Notes: generated by a model from the sequence alone, not told the origin. Counted from the stretch's first letter, positions 1-9,646 are shown. The stretch is DNA of 64,000 nucleotides from an uncultured Muribaculaceae bacterium (GCA_964473445.1 CAYYPD010000001.1:1891-65890); one strand, 5' to 3'. A program made the numbers and translations.

Positions 1-1
1 T

Positions 2-580
2 GAAAATGATTTAAAAGCGAAAAAGGGCATATTTTTTATATGCTCACATTTAGGAAATATTGATATAATGAGGAGTTTTATATTTTCCGATTGGGGCGAA
101 TATTGCAGTGAAGTTTGTGTATTTCTTTCTAAAGAACAATGCAAAATATTTAACGGATTTATTGAACAAATAGGAACAACTTGTAATCAAAAGGTTTCAT
201 CTTACCCGATTGAAGATATAAATGTAAATACATCTATTGAAATAGAAGAAAAACTCAATACCGGAGCAATTGTTTTTATGGCAGGCGATAGAACTTCCGC
301 TCACAGCAGCAATTTTGAAACAGAATTTCTTTCTCATAAAGCAGATTTTCCGCTCGGGACATTCAAATTTGCACAATTGATGAATGTTTGCACATATTTT
401 ATATGTGCCATAAAAACAACAAACGATAACTATTCAATCCATTTTAAAAAGTTTGAACAAAAAAGTTCTAAAAAAGAAACTCTAAACTCAATGAAAAAAG
501 AATTTGTCAGTTTTCTTGAGTCAGAAACTAAACTTGCTCCATTTCAGTTTTATCATTTCTATGACTTATTTAAAAATTAA
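2..580 (+). CDS. LPLAT-superfamily acyltransferase, LpxL/HtrB-like (lipid A late acyltransferase family), 5'-partial
   Basis: The frame is open from the window edge (..KGIFFICSHLGNIDIM..). It carries the HxxxxD acyltransferase motif (H-LGNI-D) and a C-terminal PFQFYHFYDLF tail. TAA stop at 578-580. Confidence 0.5.
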   Translation, partial: ENDLKAKKGIFFICSHLGNIDIMRSFIFSDWGEYCSEVCVFLSKEQCKIFNGFIEQIGTTCNQKVSSYPIEDINVNTSIEIEEKLNTGAIVFMAGDRTSAHSSNFETEFLSHKADFPLGTFKFAQLMNVCTYFICAIKTTNDNYSIHFKKFEQKSSKKETLNSMKKEFVSFLESETKLAPFQFYHFYDLFKN

Positions 581-1227
581 GCAGTCAGCTCTTTATATTT
601 TTTAAAATGAATTTCCGCATCGGATATATCATTATTTAATTCTTCCGCACAACCTAACATGTAATAATAATGTGCTTTATCAGGATTATACTTTATGGCG
701 GAAAGATAATCTTCCTTTGCACTTTTGTACATTTTTTTCAATAATTTGTAAAATCCTCTTTGAGCATATAATGAATCATTCTTATAGTCTTGCACCAAAG
801 CGGAAGTGTAATCATTTATTGCACCTTGAAGGTCATCTATTGCATATTTAGCACTTGCACTGTTTTTGTAGTACTCAATATTAGAACTGTCCAGCCTGCT
901 TGCAGTTTTGTAATTATCTATTGTCAAATTATATTCTTTCAAACATCTGTGTACATCAGCTCTTTTAGCGTATAACTCCGCATTCTTTGGGTATAAACCG
1001 ATTGCTTTTGTGTAGTAATCAATAGAATTGTAAAACGCTCTGTTTTTTTTATATGTCCTTGCTATTGCAATATAAACAGGTAAAGAAGCGTTAAATAGCG
1101 ATAATGCAAAGAAGTAGGCATTTATTGCCTTTGGATATTCTCCGACAGCTTCTTTATAAGTACCTTTATCGAACATATTAAAAAAAAAGTAATATTTTTT
1201 TATCTTTTTTAAACCGAAACTGAACAA
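577..1227 (-). CDS. TPR repeat protein
   Basis: Repeated ~34-aa Tyr/Ala-rich units, e.g. YNSIDYYTKAIGLYPKNAELYAKRADV and YLSAIKYNPDKAHYYYMLG. Confidence 0.6.
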   Translation of the reverse strand: MFSFGLKKIKKYYFFFNMFDKGTYKEAVGEYPKAINAYFFALSLFNASLPVYIAIARTYKKNRAFYNSIDYYTKAIGLYPKNAELYAKRADVHRCLKEYNLTIDNYKTASRLDSSNIEYYKNSASAKYAIDDLQGAINDYTSALVQDYKNDSLYAQRGFYKLLKKMYKSAKEDYLSAIKYNPDKAHYYYMLGCAEELNNDISDAEIHFKKYKELTA

Positions 1228-1236
1228 AATGACTCC

Positions 1237-2604
1237 TTAATTATTTAAACTGTGAATAGGAGCGGGAATTCTTCCGCCCCTGTTTATAAAGGTTTCCGAT
1301 GAAAGTGAATTAACTTTCATTATGGGTGCTTCGCCGAGTAAACCGCCAAACACTGCGGAATCACCGATTGTTTTATTCGGGACAGGAATTATTCTTACTG
1401 CAGTAGTTTTTTTGTTAATCATACCAATTGCCATTTCATCTGCTATCATGCCTGAAATTGTACTTTCAGGAGTGTTCCCGGGGATTGCAATCATATCAAG
1501 ACCGACAGAACATACGCAAGTCATAGCTTCCAACTTATCAAAAGTTAAAACTCCTTTGCCTGCGGCTTCAATCATGCCTGCATCTTCAGACACGGGAATA
1601 AAAGCACCCGATAAACCGCCGACATAAGAACTTGCCATAATACCGCCTTTTTTAACTGCATCATTAAGCATAGCTAAAGCGGCAGTTGTGCCGTGAGCAC
1701 CTGCGTGTTCTAAACCCATAGCCTGAAAAATTCCTGCAACCGAATCTCCTTGAGCCGGAGTCGGAGCAAGAGATAAATCAATAATTCCAAACGGAATATT
1801 CATTTTTTGTGCCATTCTTCTGCCTACAAGTTCACCTGTTGATGTAATTTTAAATGCAATTTGTTTTATTTTATTTGCCAATTCACCAAAATCAGCATTT
1901 TTTGGAAGATTTTCCACTGCCGCTCTGACAACCCCCGGACCTGACACCCCTACATTTAAAGCACACTCAGGCTCTCCATAACCGTGGAAAGCACCTGCCA
2001 TAAACGGGTTATCCCCGGGAACATTACAAAAGCAAACCAATTTTGCAGCACCTATCCCGTCTGAATCTTTTGTAAGTTCTGCCGACTTTTTAATTATTCC
2101 TCCCATTTTTTTTACGGCGTTCATATTAATACCTGCCTTTGTAGAAGCAAGATTTACGGATGAACAAACTCTTTCCGTTTGAGCTAATGCTTCAGGGATA
2201 CTCTCAATCAATGCAATATCACCACGAGTGCAACCTTTTTCCACCAAAGCCGAAAATCCGCCGATAAAATTAACATTAACTTCTTTAGCCGCTTCATCCA
2301 AAACTTTTGCAAGATAAACATAATCATAATCTTTGCAAGATTCACCGACTAAAGAAACAGGAGTAACCGCAATTCTTTTATTTATAATCGGGATTGAATA
2401 CTCATCTTCTATTTCAGAAGCATACCGATATAAATTTTTTGCATATTTAATAATTTTATTATAAATTTTATCCCCTGTTTCTTTAACATCGGTAGTGCAG
2501 CAATCACGCAAGCTCAATGCTAAAGTAACAGTTCTAATGTCCAAATTATGGACTTTTATCATATCAATTGTTTCAATAATCGAATTTTCATTAAAAAAAG
2601 TCAT
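1237..2604 (-). CDS. UPF0210 / DUF711 family protein
   Basis: 455 aa with an N-terminus ..[25 protein letters not shown].. typical of UPF0210. It pairs with the small ACT-domain gene immediately upstream, which is the conserved UPF0237-UPF0210 pair. Confidence 0.8.
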   Translation of the reverse strand: MTFFNENSIIETIDMIKVHNLDIRTVTLALSLRDCCTTDVKETGDKIYNKIIKYAKNLYRYASEIEDEYSIPIINKRIAVTPVSLVGESCKDYDYVYLAKVLDEAAKEVNVNFIGGFSALVEKGCTRGDIALIESIPEALAQTERVCSSVNLASTKAGINMNAVKKMGGIIKKSAELTKDSDGIGAAKLVCFCNVPGDNPFMAGAFHGYGEPECALNVGVSGPGVVRAAVENLPKNADFGELANKIKQIAFKITSTGELVGRRMAQKMNIPFGIIDLSLAPTPAQGDSVAGIFQAMGLEHAGAHGTTAALAMLNDAVKKGGIMASSYVGGLSGAFIPVSEDAGMIEAAGKGVLTFDKLEAMTCVCSVGLDMIAIPGNTPESTISGMIADEMAIGMINKKTTAVRIIPVPNKTIGDSAVFGGLLGEAPIMKVNSLSSETFINRGGRIPAPIHSLNN

Positions 2605-2617
2605 TTAAAAACAGTCC

Positions 2618-2896
2618 TTAAATTGTGTGCATTTTATCAAAAATTTCTTTCTTTTGAATCCAAATTTCCATACCGAGTTTTTCACCCGATTTAGTTAAGG
2701 CTTCTTTAATTTCTTTGAAAGAGAATTTTGATTTACTGATATCGGCAAGTAAAAACATCATAAAACAACCTTGCATGATAGTTTGTCTTATATCTTCAAT
2801 ATTGACCTCATGCTTTGCTAATACGGAAGAAATCTCAGCAACAATTCCAACTCCGTCTTTACCTGATATAGTTACTATAATTTTATCTTCGTTCAT
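2618..2896 (-). CDS. ACT-domain protein (UPF0237 family)
   Basis: 92 aa. The N-terminus IIVTISGKDGVGIVAEISSVLAKHEVNIEDI is an ACT fold signature. Adjacent to the UPF0210 gene. Confidence 0.8.
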   Translation of the reverse strand: MNEDKIIVTISGKDGVGIVAEISSVLAKHEVNIEDIRQTIMQGCFMMFLLADISKSKFSFKEIKEALTKSGEKLGMEIWIQKKEIFDKMHTI

Positions 2897-3000
2897 TTTT
2901 ACTCCAATTAAAAACTATATAATTATTGTATTAGCAAACGAATATAAATGCAATGATACAGAGAGAAATTCAAATTTGTTAAAAAATAACAAAAAAGTAG

Positions 3001-3029
3001 TTGACTCTAAAATATGTTCTTGTTATCTT
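3001..3029 (+). promoter_or_regulatory. Putative sigma-70 promoter of tRNA-Lys
   Basis: TTGACT at 3001-3006, a 17-nt spacer, then TATCTT at 3024-3029, about 19 nt before the tRNA 5' end. Confidence 0.35.
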
Positions 3030-3047
3030 AATAAAGTAGTCAGACAA

Positions 3048-3123
3048 GCGTCTGTAGCTCAGCAGGTAGAGCACTCCCCTTTTAAGGGATAGGTCGCGCG
3101 TTCGAATCGCGCCAGACGCACCA
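3048..3123 (+). tRNA. tRNA-Lys (anticodon UUU), CCA encoded
   Basis: Acceptor stem GCGTCTG/CAGACGC, D arm GCTC-AGCAGGTA-GAGC, anticodon loop CTTTTAA, T arm GCGCG-TTCGAAT-CGCGC, and a 3' ACCA. Confidence 0.93.
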
Positions 3124-3126
3124 TTT

Positions 3127-3153
3127 AAAAGCCTCGATAAACGAGGCTTTTTT
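3127..3153 (+). terminator. Rho-independent terminator after tRNA-Lys
   Basis: Stem GCCTCG / CGAGGC with loop ATAAA, followed by TTTTTT. Confidence 0.8.
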
Positions 3154-3190
3154 GTTGCCCATTTTTAGACTTTTAATTTCGGAGAAAATA

Positions 3191-3199
3191 TGGTATAAT
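3191..3199 (+). promoter_or_regulatory. Extended -10 promoter element of the Fic gene
   Basis: TGgTATAAT lies 27 nt upstream of the ATG and is flanked by TTCGGAGAAAA repeats. Confidence 0.5.
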
Positions 3200-3200
3200 A

Positions 3201-3219
3201 TCCGTAAAATATTCGGAGA
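3201..3219 (+). repeat. 19-nt hairpin-forming repeat, left copy (TCCGTAAAATATTCGGAGA)
   Basis: Matches 4326-4344 at 17 of 19 positions. It contains the inverted repeat TCCG..CGGA and sits between the -10 element and the Fic start codon. Confidence 0.6.
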
Positions 3220-3225
3220 AAAAAA

Positions 3226-4323
3226 ATGAAATATATATACCAAAACCCTGACTGGCACAACTTTATATGGTGCGGAGAAAAAATTCAAAAACTGCTTTTT
3301 GAAATAAAAAAAGCTCAAGGTTATTTACTCGGAAGAATGGATTCATTGGGTTTCGATGTCAGAAATAACGCACTATTGCAAGTTTTGACCGAAAACATTA
3401 TTAAATCGTCTGAAATTGAGGGACAAATTTTAGATAAACATATTGTCCGCTCATCAATAGCAAGGCGTTTAGGTATAGATATAGCAGGAGAAGCTCCTGT
3501 TTCAAGAGATGTAGAGGGCGTTGTTGAAATGATGATTGATGCAACGCAAAATTGTAGTTCAAAAATGTCAAAAGACAGGTTGCTAGGCTGGAATGCTGCA
3601 TTGTTTCCAACGGGATACAGCGGAATGTATAAAATAAAAACAGGACAATATCGAGATGACGAATTTGGTCCTATGCAAGTTGTTTCAGGCTCTATCGGGA
3701 AAGAAAAAGTTCATTATGAAGCTCCATGTGCCTCTGTACTTGAAAATGAAATGAATGACTTAATTGAGTACATAAATAAGACTGATGACACGGATTATCT
3801 TATTAAAGCAGGTATTGTTCATTTATGGTTTGTTATTTTGCACCCTTTTGATGACGGAAACGGACGAATTGCAAGAGCATTAACCGATATGTTACTTGCA
3901 AAAAGTGATGATACTCCGTTTCGATTTTATTCTATGTCATCTCAAATTCAAAAAAACAGAAATAAGTACTACGAAATTTTAGAAAAAACACAAAAGGGGT
4001 CTATGGATATTACAAATTGGCTCTTATGGTTTTTAGAAAATTTATTAATTGCAATCAAATCCAGTGAAGAAATTACAAATACGGTTTTACAAAAAGCTGA
4101 ATTTTGGCGGAAGCATTCTGAAACAGTTTTTAATGAGCGACAAATTAAAGTTTTAAACAAATTTATGGATAACTTTGAGGGAAATCTTACGACAATGAAG
4201 TGGGCAAAAATGTGCAATTGCTCGCAAGATACCGCTACTTTAGACATCAAAGACTTAATAGATAAAAAAATATTTATAAAGGTTGGAAACGGTCGTTCTA
4301 CACATTATAAATTAAAGAAGTAA
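3226..4323 (+). CDS. fic: Fic family protein (AMPylase-type Fido domain with N-terminal Fic/DOC N-terminal domain and C-terminal wHTH-like region)
   Basis: Canonical Fic motif HPFDDGNGRIAR. 365 aa. Confidence 0.9.
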   Translation: MKYIYQNPDWHNFIWCGEKIQKLLFEIKKAQGYLLGRMDSLGFDVRNNALLQVLTENIIKSSEIEGQILDKHIVRSSIARRLGIDIAGEAPVSRDVEGVVEMMIDATQNCSSKMSKDRLLGWNAALFPTGYSGMYKIKTGQYRDDEFGPMQVVSGSIGKEKVHYEAPCASVLENEMNDLIEYINKTDDTDYLIKAGIVHLWFVILHPFDDGNGRIARALTDMLLAKSDDTPFRFYSMSSQIQKNRNKYYEILEKTQKGSMDITNWLLWFLENLLIAIKSSEEITNTVLQKAEFWRKHSETVFNERQIKVLNKFMDNFEGNLTTMKWAKMCNCSQDTATLDIKDLIDKKIFIKVGNGRSTHYKLKK

Positions 4324-4325
4324 TC

Positions 4326-4344
4326 TCCGTAAATCATTCGGAGA
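4326..4344 (+). repeat. 19-nt hairpin-forming repeat, right copy (TCCGTAAATCATTCGGAGA)
   Basis: Begins 3 nt after the Fic stop codon. The full inverted repeat is TCTCCG-N8-CGGAGA (4324-4344). Confidence 0.6.
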
Positions 4345-4404
4345 TTAACATTCCTAAATCATATTGAAATACGCTCCTGTATTAACTTTCGAATGCGGAG
4401 AAAA

Positions 4405-5508
4405 CTAAAATATTTCGTCTATAATTCCACCACCGATAACAGTATCATCATCATAAAATACTGCTGATTGACCGATTGCAATCGGGGGCTGTTTTTCTTC
4501 AAAATCAACTTTTATCTTATCTTTAGCAAACGGAGTTATTATTGCAGGTTTTGGCTCTTGAGCCGAGCGTATTTTTACGTTGCACTTCATAGGTTCTTTT
4601 AATTCGTCAACTAAATTTAAAACAATATTATTTGCAATTAAGCCTTTATTCATTGACTCTTCTTTAAATGCGACAACAACTTCATTTGTATCTTTTCTAA
4701 GTTCAACAACATACAAAGGAGCAGCGGCTGCCACACCGATTCCTTTTCTCTGCCCTATGGTATAGTTCCAAAATCCCTGATGTTTTCCTAAAATTTTACC
4801 GTTTAAATCTATAATGTTCCCGGTTTTTGCTTTTTCATTAAGAATATCGTTATAATCACCGTTATAAAAATCCTGACTGTCAGGTTTATCCGCTACTTCA
4901 AACCCGTTTTGCTTTGCAATCAATCTTATTTCTTCTTTTGTATAATTGCCGAGAGGAAGAATTGTTTCCGAAAGCTGTTTTTGAGTCAATCCATACAAAA
5001 AATAAGACTGGTCTTTCTTTGGATTTACACCCTTTTTGAGAAGAAATCTGCCGTTATTTTCTTCAATTTTCGCATAATGACCGGTTGCGAATTTATCAAA
5101 TATTATTCCTGATTTTTTAGCCAACTCCTGAAAAATTCCGAATTTTATATATTTATTACACTGTACACAAGGATTAGGGGTTCTTCCTTTCAAATATTCA
5201 CTTTTAAAATATTCTATGACTGTTTTTTCATAGTCTTTTGAGCAATCAATAATGTAATGTTCAATACCAAGTTTATCGGCAACGGCTTTTGCCTGTTCCA
5301 AATCTTTTTGTTTAAAAGGGCTAAGGCAGGCACAATGAGTTGCCGCTTTTTGTTCTTCTTCATTCATCTTCTCTTTAAGTACGTCAAAAACACCGCCATT
5401 ACCCCAAAGTGCCATTGTTGCACCTACAACATCATAGCCTTGCTCCTTTAAAAGTAATGCGGCAACAGATGAATCAACTCCGCCTGACATACCGATAAGA
5501 ACTCTCAT
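4405..5508 (-). CDS. mnmA: tRNA-specific 2-thiouridylase MnmA
   Basis: PP-loop MSGGVDSSVAA, the TPNPCVQCN catalytic Cys motif, 367 aa. Confidence 0.92.
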   Translation of the reverse strand: MRVLIGMSGGVDSSVAALLLKEQGYDVVGATMALWGNGGVFDVLKEKMNEEEQKAATHCACLSPFKQKDLEQAKAVADKLGIEHYIIDCSKDYEKTVIEYFKSEYLKGRTPNPCVQCNKYIKFGIFQELAKKSGIIFDKFATGHYAKIEENNGRFLLKKGVNPKKDQSYFLYGLTQKQLSETILPLGNYTKEEIRLIAKQNGFEVADKPDSQDFYNGDYNDILNEKAKTGNIIDLNGKILGKHQGFWNYTIGQRKGIGVAAAAPLYVVELRKDTNEVVVAFKEESMNKGLIANNIVLNLVDELKEPMKCNVKIRSAQEPKPAIITPFAKDKIKVDFEEKQPPIAIGQSAVFYDDDTVIGGGIIDEIF

Positions 5509-5599
5509 CCCGACTGCTCCTTTTATTAATATATTTTAATTTTACTACAAAATTTGACTTGTTTAACTTATAATCAGTTGGTAATAGAAAGGGGAAAGT

Positions 5600-6826
5600 A
5601 TGATTATTCCGAGTATTGACTTAATGGACGGGAAAGCAGTTCAACTAAGACAAGGCAAAGAAAAAGTATTAGAAAAAGAAAATGTCTTAGAACTTGCAAA
5701 GTATTACTCACGCTTCGGCGAAATCAGCGTTATCGATTTAGATGCCGCTATGAATAAGGGTAATAATGAACATCTGATTAAGGAGATATGTAAGCATGCC
5801 CATTGCAGGGTTGGCGGAGGAATAAGAACCGTTGAAAAAGCAAAAAGAATTCTGGCAAACGGTGCGAAACAAATTATCATAGGTACTGCTGCTGATGAAG
5901 AATTTTTGTCTAAATTGCCAAAAGATAAAGTAATTGTTGCAATTGACTCCAAGCAAGGCAAAGTTACAACAGAGGGCTGGACAAAAGAAGTTAACGCTAC
6001 TCCTGAAGATTACGTAAAACGCTTTGATAATTTGTGTGCAGGATACCTATACACCATCGTTGATAAAGAAGGAATGATGGGCGGAACAGATATTGAAGCA
6101 ATCAAAAAAATTCGCAATTTAACAAAGAAAACCTTAATTGCTGCAGGCGGAATTTCTTCTATTGACGAAATTAAGACACTTGTAAAAATGAATGTTTCAA
6201 CGCAGCTTGGAATGAGCATTTATACAGGAGCAATAAGCCTTGAAGATGCTTATGTTGCGGTTATGGATTTTGAAAAGCAAAACGGATTAATTCCGACTAT
6301 TGTTCAAGATATTGAAACAAAACAAGTCTTAATGTTAGCTTATTCAAATAAAGACTCCTTAAAAAAGACTCTATCCGAGGGGTTAGCAACATACTACAGC
6401 CGTTCAAGACAAGAATTATGGACAAAAGGTCTATCATCAGGCAACACGCAAGAAGTAATCAGTGTTAAATTTGATTGTGACCAAGATTCACTTTTATTTA
6501 AAGTAAAACAAAAAGGTGTTGCTTGCCATACGGGAAGATATTCCTGTTTTGAAGACAGAGATTTTTGTATTGATGAACTTTATGACTTATTGCTTGACAG
6601 AAAAGCAAAATTACCTGAAGGCTCATATACAACAAAACTTTTCAAAGACGAATTCAAACTTCAAAGAAAAATAATGGAAGAAGCATTTGAATCGGTCAAC
6701 TTTGAAAAAGGTGACGGGCTTGAATGGGAAGCCAGCGATTTAGCTTATCATATGCTTGTATTTATGGCATTACATAATGTTACACCGCAAGATATTATTA
6801 ATAATTTAGCTTCTCGTACAAAATAG
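5600..6826 (+). CDS. hisA-hisIE: Fused HisA (ProFAR isomerase) - HisI (PR-AMP cyclohydrolase) - HisE (PR-ATP pyrophosphatase)
   Basis: The N-terminus MIIPSIDLMDGKAVQLRQGK...VGGGIRT...IIIGTAA is HisA-like. The middle part GLIPTIVQD...LWTKG.SSGN...CDQDSLLFKV...CHTGRYSCF is HisI. The C-terminus LPEGSYTTKLF...EEAFE...E.SDLAYH is HisE. Confidence 0.8.
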   Translation: MIIPSIDLMDGKAVQLRQGKEKVLEKENVLELAKYYSRFGEISVIDLDAAMNKGNNEHLIKEICKHAHCRVGGGIRTVEKAKRILANGAKQIIIGTAADEEFLSKLPKDKVIVAIDSKQGKVTTEGWTKEVNATPEDYVKRFDNLCAGYLYTIVDKEGMMGGTDIEAIKKIRNLTKKTLIAAGGISSIDEIKTLVKMNVSTQLGMSIYTGAISLEDAYVAVMDFEKQNGLIPTIVQDIETKQVLMLAYSNKDSLKKTLSEGLATYYSRSRQELWTKGLSSGNTQEVISVKFDCDQDSLLFKVKQKGVACHTGRYSCFEDRDFCIDELYDLLLDRKAKLPEGSYTTKLFKDEFKLQRKIMEEAFESVNFEKGDGLEWEASDLAYHMLVFMALHNVTPQDIINNLASRTK

Positions 6827-6836
6827 GATTAAAAAA

Positions 6837-8081
6837 ATGAAAATTTATAATTATAACGAAATTGATGAGAGTTTTTTCTCTAAAATTGAGTTTGAAAACA
6901 TCAGCTCTGTTCAAGAGGTTATTTCTTCTGTCAGAAAAAACGGAGATGTTGCAATTAGAGAATATTCAAAAAAATTTGGCGACGGTGATGTTGAAAATTT
7001 TAAACTCACGCAAGAAGAGATAAATGAAGCTCTTAAACAAGTTGATGAGGAAACTGTCAACACAATAAAATACGCAATAAAAAACGTAAAAGAATTTGCA
7101 ACCGCACAACTTCAAAGCGTAAAAGAATTTGAAGTAAATATAAACGGAAACCGCTTAGGGCAGAAAATAATTCCGATTGATTCTGTCGGATGTTATATTC
7201 CGGGGGGAAATTATCCGTTACCGAGCAGTGCAATAATGACTGTTGTTCCTGCTAAAACAGCAGGCGTAAAAAGAGTAGTTGCAATGTCACCCAAAATAAA
7301 ACCCGTAACGGTTGCAGCAGCATACCTCTCCGGTGCCGATGAAATCTATAAGATTGGGGGAGTTCAGGCTATAGCAGGGCTTGCATACGGAACTCAATCT
7401 ATAGAAAAAGTTAATAAAATTGTGGGGCCGGGGAATAAATATGTAACTTCGGCTAAAAAACAAGTATATGGCGAGTGCGGTATCGACTTTTTAGCAGGCC
7501 CGTCAGAAGTTTTAATAGTTGCGGATGAAAGTGCAAAAGCAGAGTTTGTAGCTGCTGATATGCTTGCACAATGCGAACACGACAAAGACGCAAGAGCGTT
7601 CTTATTGTGTAAATCAATTGATTTTATAAAAGCCGTTGATGAAAAAGCAAAAGAGTACTTAGAAAAACTTCCGACAAAGAATATCGCAAAAATTTCTTAT
7701 GAGAAATCAATAGCAATTGTTGTTAACTCCTTAGAACAAGCTATTGAGCTTTCAAACAAAAAAGCACCCGAACATTTAGAGTTATGCTTAGATAATGCGG
7801 ACTCTTATATTGATAAATTTACAAATTACGGGTCGTTATTTATCGGCAACTACAGTGCAGAAGTTTTTGGAGATTATGTATCAGGCACAAATCACACACT
7901 TCCCACTAATCAAGTTGCAAAATACTCAGGCGGATTAAGCGTTTTTGACTACATCAAAATTCAAACTTATCAAATAATAAGCAAAACTTCTTTGATTGAA
8001 ACCTCAAAAAATGCTTCCCGGTTAGCCGAAAAAGAGGGACTATTTGCACATAAACTTGCCGCTGATGTCAGAGTAGAATAA
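6837..8081 (+). CDS. hisD: Histidinol dehydrogenase
   Basis: Motifs QCEHD, GTNHTLPT and IGGVQAIAGLAYGT. 414 aa. Confidence 0.92.
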   Translation: MKIYNYNEIDESFFSKIEFENISSVQEVISSVRKNGDVAIREYSKKFGDGDVENFKLTQEEINEALKQVDEETVNTIKYAIKNVKEFATAQLQSVKEFEVNINGNRLGQKIIPIDSVGCYIPGGNYPLPSSAIMTVVPAKTAGVKRVVAMSPKIKPVTVAAAYLSGADEIYKIGGVQAIAGLAYGTQSIEKVNKIVGPGNKYVTSAKKQVYGECGIDFLAGPSEVLIVADESAKAEFVAADMLAQCEHDKDARAFLLCKSIDFIKAVDEKAKEYLEKLPTKNIAKISYEKSIAIVVNSLEQAIELSNKKAPEHLELCLDNADSYIDKFTNYGSLFIGNYSAEVFGDYVSGTNHTLPTNQVAKYSGGLSVFDYIKIQTYQIISKTSLIETSKNASRLAEKEGLFAHKLAADVRVE

Positions 8082-8732
8082 CTAAAGCAAAGTTAATTGT
8101 TCCGATTTTTCAAAATGTTTTTGGAAAAAACTTTTTCTGTGCCACTTTGTCAAACCGTATTTATCAACGGCGTCAAGGTGGCTTTTTGTCATATAACCTT
8201 TATTTTCAGCCCAACAATATTGCGGAAACTCTTTATCAAGCTCTCTCATAAATCTGTCCCTTGAGACTTTTGCCAAAATGCTGGCAGCTGCAATAGAAGC
8301 AGATTTAAAATCACCTTTAACAATATATTGTTGCGGATAATTAAAGTTGATAATTTCTTTATTTCCGTCAACTAAAACAATGATATTCTCATTTTTAAGT
8401 TGAGCAATTACTTCAAGACATGCCTTGTTCATTGTATTAAGAGAGGTTCTTAAAATATTATTCTTTTCTATTTCTTCAACACTGCCTTGCTTTATTGAAT
8501 ATATTGAGTTCTGAATAATGACATCAAGAAGTTCTTCTCTGATTTTCTCGCTTAATTGTTTTGAATCATTTAATTTTTCAAGTTTTATCAACAGTTCTTT
8601 ATCTACTGATTTAAAACAAACTGCAGCAGCAAACACAGGACCTGCCCCCGGACCTCTTCCTGCCTCATCTGTTCCTATAAGAAAATCATAATCTTTTTGA
8701 TTTTCCTTATCAAATTCAAACCGCTTATTCAT
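8082..8732 (-). CDS. rnhB: Ribonuclease HII
   Basis: Motifs GTDEAGRGPGAGPVFAAAV, NDSKQL and ASILAKV.RD. Confidence 0.9.
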   Translation of the reverse strand: MNKRFEFDKENQKDYDFLIGTDEAGRGPGAGPVFAAAVCFKSVDKELLIKLEKLNDSKQLSEKIREELLDVIIQNSIYSIKQGSVEEIEKNNILRTSLNTMNKACLEVIAQLKNENIIVLVDGNKEIINFNYPQQYIVKGDFKSASIAAASILAKVSRDRFMRELDKEFPQYCWAENKGYMTKSHLDAVDKYGLTKWHRKSFFQKHFEKSEQLTLL

Positions 8733-9564
8733 TTATATCCAATGTCAATTTGCCGAGTCTGCCTGTACGAAAATCGTTTAATAAGTTTTGAGCACAACGT
8801 TTTGTATCAGGTCGTCCGCCTTGAACTATCCAATTTCTTTTTAAAGCAATATTTGAAATATTTACTTCTTCATCATCGAGCTTATAATAATTCTTTATTA
8901 AATCAGGATAAACTTCTTCAACATTTTTGATAAAAATTTCAGCTACAGCTTCAACGTCATAAGCATTTTCCCCAATCGAATCAACAAATGCCAATTTATA
9001 TGCTTTGTCCTGATCTTCTTGTTTTAAGGGAATAATTCCCGGGGTATCCAATAAATCGACTTTAGGGTTAATTCTGACCCACTGTTGATCACGAGTAACA
9101 CCTGCTTTTGCACCTGTTTTTGCCTTTGTCTTTTTTATTAATTTATTAATAATACTTGATTTTCCGACATTTGGCATGCCAACAACCATGACTCTTACCG
9201 CCCTTGGGAGCAATCCTTTTTTTACAAGTGCAATAATTTTTGGCTGTCCAAGCTCAACAACCTTATTTAAAATTTTTGATAAATCCTTATTATCACCGGC
9301 ACTTGTAGCTATAACCGAGCAAGAAGTTTTCTCTTTAATTGCCTTTATCCACTTGGAAGTTTGTTCGTTATCAGCCAAGTCTGATTTATTTAAAAGGATT
9401 AAACGAGGTTTATCCCTTAATAGCTTTTCTATATCAGGATATGTAGAACTCACAGGTATTCTTGCATCAAGAACTTCAATAACAACATCAACAATGTTAA
9501 TTTGTTCTTTTAATTTCTTTTCAGCTTTGGCAATATGCCCGGGATACCAATGAATATGTTCCAT
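8725..9564 (-). CDS. rbgA: Ribosome biogenesis GTPase A (YlqF/RbgA)
   Basis: Circularly permuted GTPase with NKSDL (G4) before GMPNVGKSS (G1) and DTPG. I prefer the start at the second ATG (MEHIHWYPGH), which has AAGAGG 7 nt upstream. The ORF track begins at 9594. Confidence 0.88.
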   Translation of the reverse strand: MEHIHWYPGHIAKAEKKLKEQINIVDVVIEVLDARIPVSSTYPDIEKLLRDKPRLILLNKSDLADNEQTSKWIKAIKEKTSCSVIATSAGDNKDLSKILNKVVELGQPKIIALVKKGLLPRAVRVMVVGMPNVGKSSIINKLIKKTKAKTGAKAGVTRDQQWVRINPKVDLLDTPGIIPLKQEDQDKAYKLAFVDSIGENAYDVEAVAEIFIKNVEEVYPDLIKNYYKLDDEEVNISNIALKRNWIVQGGRPDTKRCAQNLLNDFRTGRLGKLTLDINE

Positions 9565-9646
9565 AAAAACCTCTTTTAACAAACTAAAAGCCATACTCAG
9601 AGTATTAAACAGTGACTATGGCTTTTATGTTTTATTATATCCTAAT

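Noticed and set aside
1322-1627. Embedded antisense or alternative-frame ORFs listed in the track. Examples are 1322-1627, 2715-3092, 9176-9553, 9747-10097, 13218-13583, 14751-15170, 16001-16366, 16499-16834, 33221-33511, 43085-43543, 44928-45203 and 52910-53194.
   Set aside because: Each lies inside or across a longer gene that has clear family motifs. They have low-complexity or compositionally biased translations and lack start-site signals.
3082-3318. A 78-aa minus-strand ORF overlapping the tRNA-Lys 3' end and the fic start.
   Set aside because: It runs antisense through a tRNA, a terminator and a promoter. It has no RBS and is a chance ORF.
4388-4394. TTCGAAT downstream of fic, considered as a duplicated tRNA-Lys 3' end (an att site of an integrated element).
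   Set aside because: Only 7 nt match the T-loop region of the tRNA, and there is no integrase. This is too short to support an attL/attR pair.
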